Part shown: one piece after another, positions 19,310 to 21,397 of the stretch | Numbering within the stretch: position 1 is the stretch's first letter | Layout: each line of letters begins with the position of its first letter | Source of the DNA: Chiloscyllium plagiosum | Lineage: Eukaryota | DNA: 21,397 bases | NCBI RefSeq assembly: GCF_004010195.1 | Contig: NC_057718.1 | Coordinates: 101,134,219-101,155,615 of the forward strand | Direction of reading: 5' to 3' | Notes under the pieces: generated by a model | Database searches by the model: none | The model's input: the letters and a program-made list of their open reading frames with translations, nothing else | What the model was told of the DNA's origin: nothing | Translations under genes and position numbers: made by a program

Positions 19310-21397
19310 ATAGAACATAGAACATGGAACATTACAGCGCAGTACAGGCCCTTCGGTCCTCAATGTTGCGCCGACCAGTCACACCAATCTAACCTACACT
19401 ATTCAATGTCCGTCCATATGCTTGTCCAATGACGACTTAAATGCACTTAAAGTTGGTGAATCTACAACCGTTGCAGGCAAAGCATTCCATACCCTTACTA
19501 CTCACTCAGTAAAGAAACTATCTCTGACATCTGTCCTATATCTATTACCCCTCAATTTAAAGCTATGCCTCCTCGTGCTTGCCGTCACCATACTTGGAAA
19601 AAGGCTCTCCCTGTCCACCCTGTCTAACCCTCTGATTATCTTATATGTCTCTATTAAGTCACCTCTCAACCTTCTTCTCTCCAACGAAAACAGCCTCAAG
19701 TCCCTCAGCCTTTCCTCATAAGACCTTCCCTCCATCCCAGGCAACATCCTAGTAAATCTCCTCTGCACCCTTTCCAAAGCTTCCATATCCTTCTTATAAT
19801 GCGGTGACCAGAACTGTACACAATACTCCAAGTGCGGCTGCACCAGAGTTTTGTACAGCTGTAGCATAACCTCATGGTTCTGGAACTTGATCCCTCTATA
19901 AATAAAAGCTAAAACACTGTATGTCTTCTAAACAACCCTGTCAACCTGGGTGGCAACTTTCAAGGATCTGTGTACCTGGACACCGAGATCTCGCTGCTCA
20001 TCTACACTACCAAGAACCTTACCATTAGCCCAGTACTTTGCATTCCGGTTACTCCGACCAAAGTGAATTACCCCACACTTGTCCGCATTAAACTCCATTT
20101 GCCACCTCTCAGCCCAACTCTGCAGCTTATCTATGTCTCTCTGTAACCTATAACATCCTTCGTCACTATCAACAACTCCACTGATCTTAGTGTCGTCTGC
20201 AAATTTACTAACCCACCCTTCTACGCCCTCATCCAGGTCGTTTATAAAAATGCCGAACAGCAGTGGACCCAACACCGACCCTTGTGGTACACCACTAGTA
20301 ACTGGTCTCCAGGACTACCACCCTCTGTCTTCTTTCAGCAAGCCAATTACTGATCCAAACTGCTATATCTCCCACAATCCCATTCCTCTGCATTTTGTAC
20401 AATAGCCTACTGTGGGGAACCTTATCAAATGCCTTGGTGAAATCCTCATACACCACATCAACCGGTTTACTCTCATCTACCTGTCTGGTCACCTTCTCAA
20501 AGAACTCAATAAGGTTTGTGAGGCACGACCTACCTTCACAAAACCGTGCTGACTATCCCTAATCAAATTATTCTTTTCTAGATGATTATAAATTCGATCT
20601 CTTATAACCTTTTCCAACACCTTACCAACAACTGAAGTAAGGCTCACTGGTCTATAATTACCAGGGTTGACTCTACTCCCCTCCTTGAACAAGGGAACCA
20701 CATTTGCTATCCTCCAGTCTTCTGGCACTATTCCTGTAGACAATGACGATTTAAAGATCAATGCCTAAGGTTCGGCAATCTCCTCCTTGGCTTCCCAGAG
20801 GATCCTAGGAAAATTCCCATCCGGCCCAGGGGACTTATGTATTTTCATACCCCGCAGGATTTCTAATACCTCTTCCTTGAGAACCTCAATCCCACCCAGT
20901 CTAGTAGCCTGTATCTCAGTATTCTCCTCGACAACATTGTCGTTTTCTAGAGTGAATACTGTCGAAACATAGTCATTTAGTGCTTCCCCTATCTCCTCTG
21001 ACTCCACACATGACTTCCCACTACTGTCTTTGATTGGCCCTAATCTTACTCTCGTCATTCTTTTATTCCTTAAATACCTATAGAAAGCCTTAGGGTTTAC
21101 CCTGATCCTATCCGCCAACAACTTCTCATGTCTCCTCCTGGCTCTGGTGAGCTCTCTCTTTAGATCTTTCCTGGCTACCTTGTAACCCTCAAGCACCCTA
21201 ACTGAGTTTTTATATCTCATCCGAACATAAGCCTTCTTCTTCCTCTTGACCAGAGATTCCACTTCCTTTGTAAACCATGGCTCCCGCACTCTACAGCTTC
21301 CTCCCTGCCTGACAGGTACATACTTATCTAGGTCACACAGGAGCTTTTCCTTGAATAAGCTCCACATTTCTAATGTGCCCATCCCCTGCAGTTTCCT
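19310..21397 (-). mobile_element. CR1 LINE (different subfamily), ORF2 RT decayed, continues past the window end
   Basis: Minus-strand PWFTKEV..NPKAFYRY..KSPGPDG, VPEDWRIANVVPLFK..NYRPVSLTSVVGK, DFTKAFDKVPH, LGPLLF..INDLD..KFADDTK, WQMEFNADKC, HLEYCVQFWSPHY..LERVQRRFTRMLPG; 3' heptamer repeats tagaaca-tagaaca-tggaaca at ~19311-19331. Confidence 0.95.

Noticed and set aside
1..21397. CRISPR array, retron or other prokaryotic RT system
   Set aside because: No repeat-spacer array or operon structure; all RT remnants are eukaryotic CR1/L2 or Penelope types.

Overview
Eukaryotic, repeat-dense non-coding DNA from a cartilaginous fish (shark; inferred from HE1-type SINE, HER1/CR1-type LINEs and the Penelope families, not from a database search). 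No host protein-coding exon, RNA gene, CRISPR array or prokaryotic feature can be supported. Most recognisable sequence is decayed retroelement: CR1-type LINEs (1952-2392, 7443-11230, 12048-12960, 15872-16321, 19310-end), L2/CR1-group remnants, three tRNA-derived SINE families, and about nine Penelope-like element (PLE) pieces with RT and GIY-YIG endonuclease remnants. The most informative signals concern the PLE termini. They carry a minimal hammerhead-ribozyme motif followed by a nested stem-loop conserved across families. Three PLE insertions are inverted, with only one arm carrying the ~35-40 nt tail. Two PLEs nested in one CR1 deleted target DNA rather than duplicating it. There is also a cluster of local duplications (10.8-18.2 kb) that copy chimeric repeat junctions. 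All family names come from recalled consensus sequences, and boundaries are approximate.
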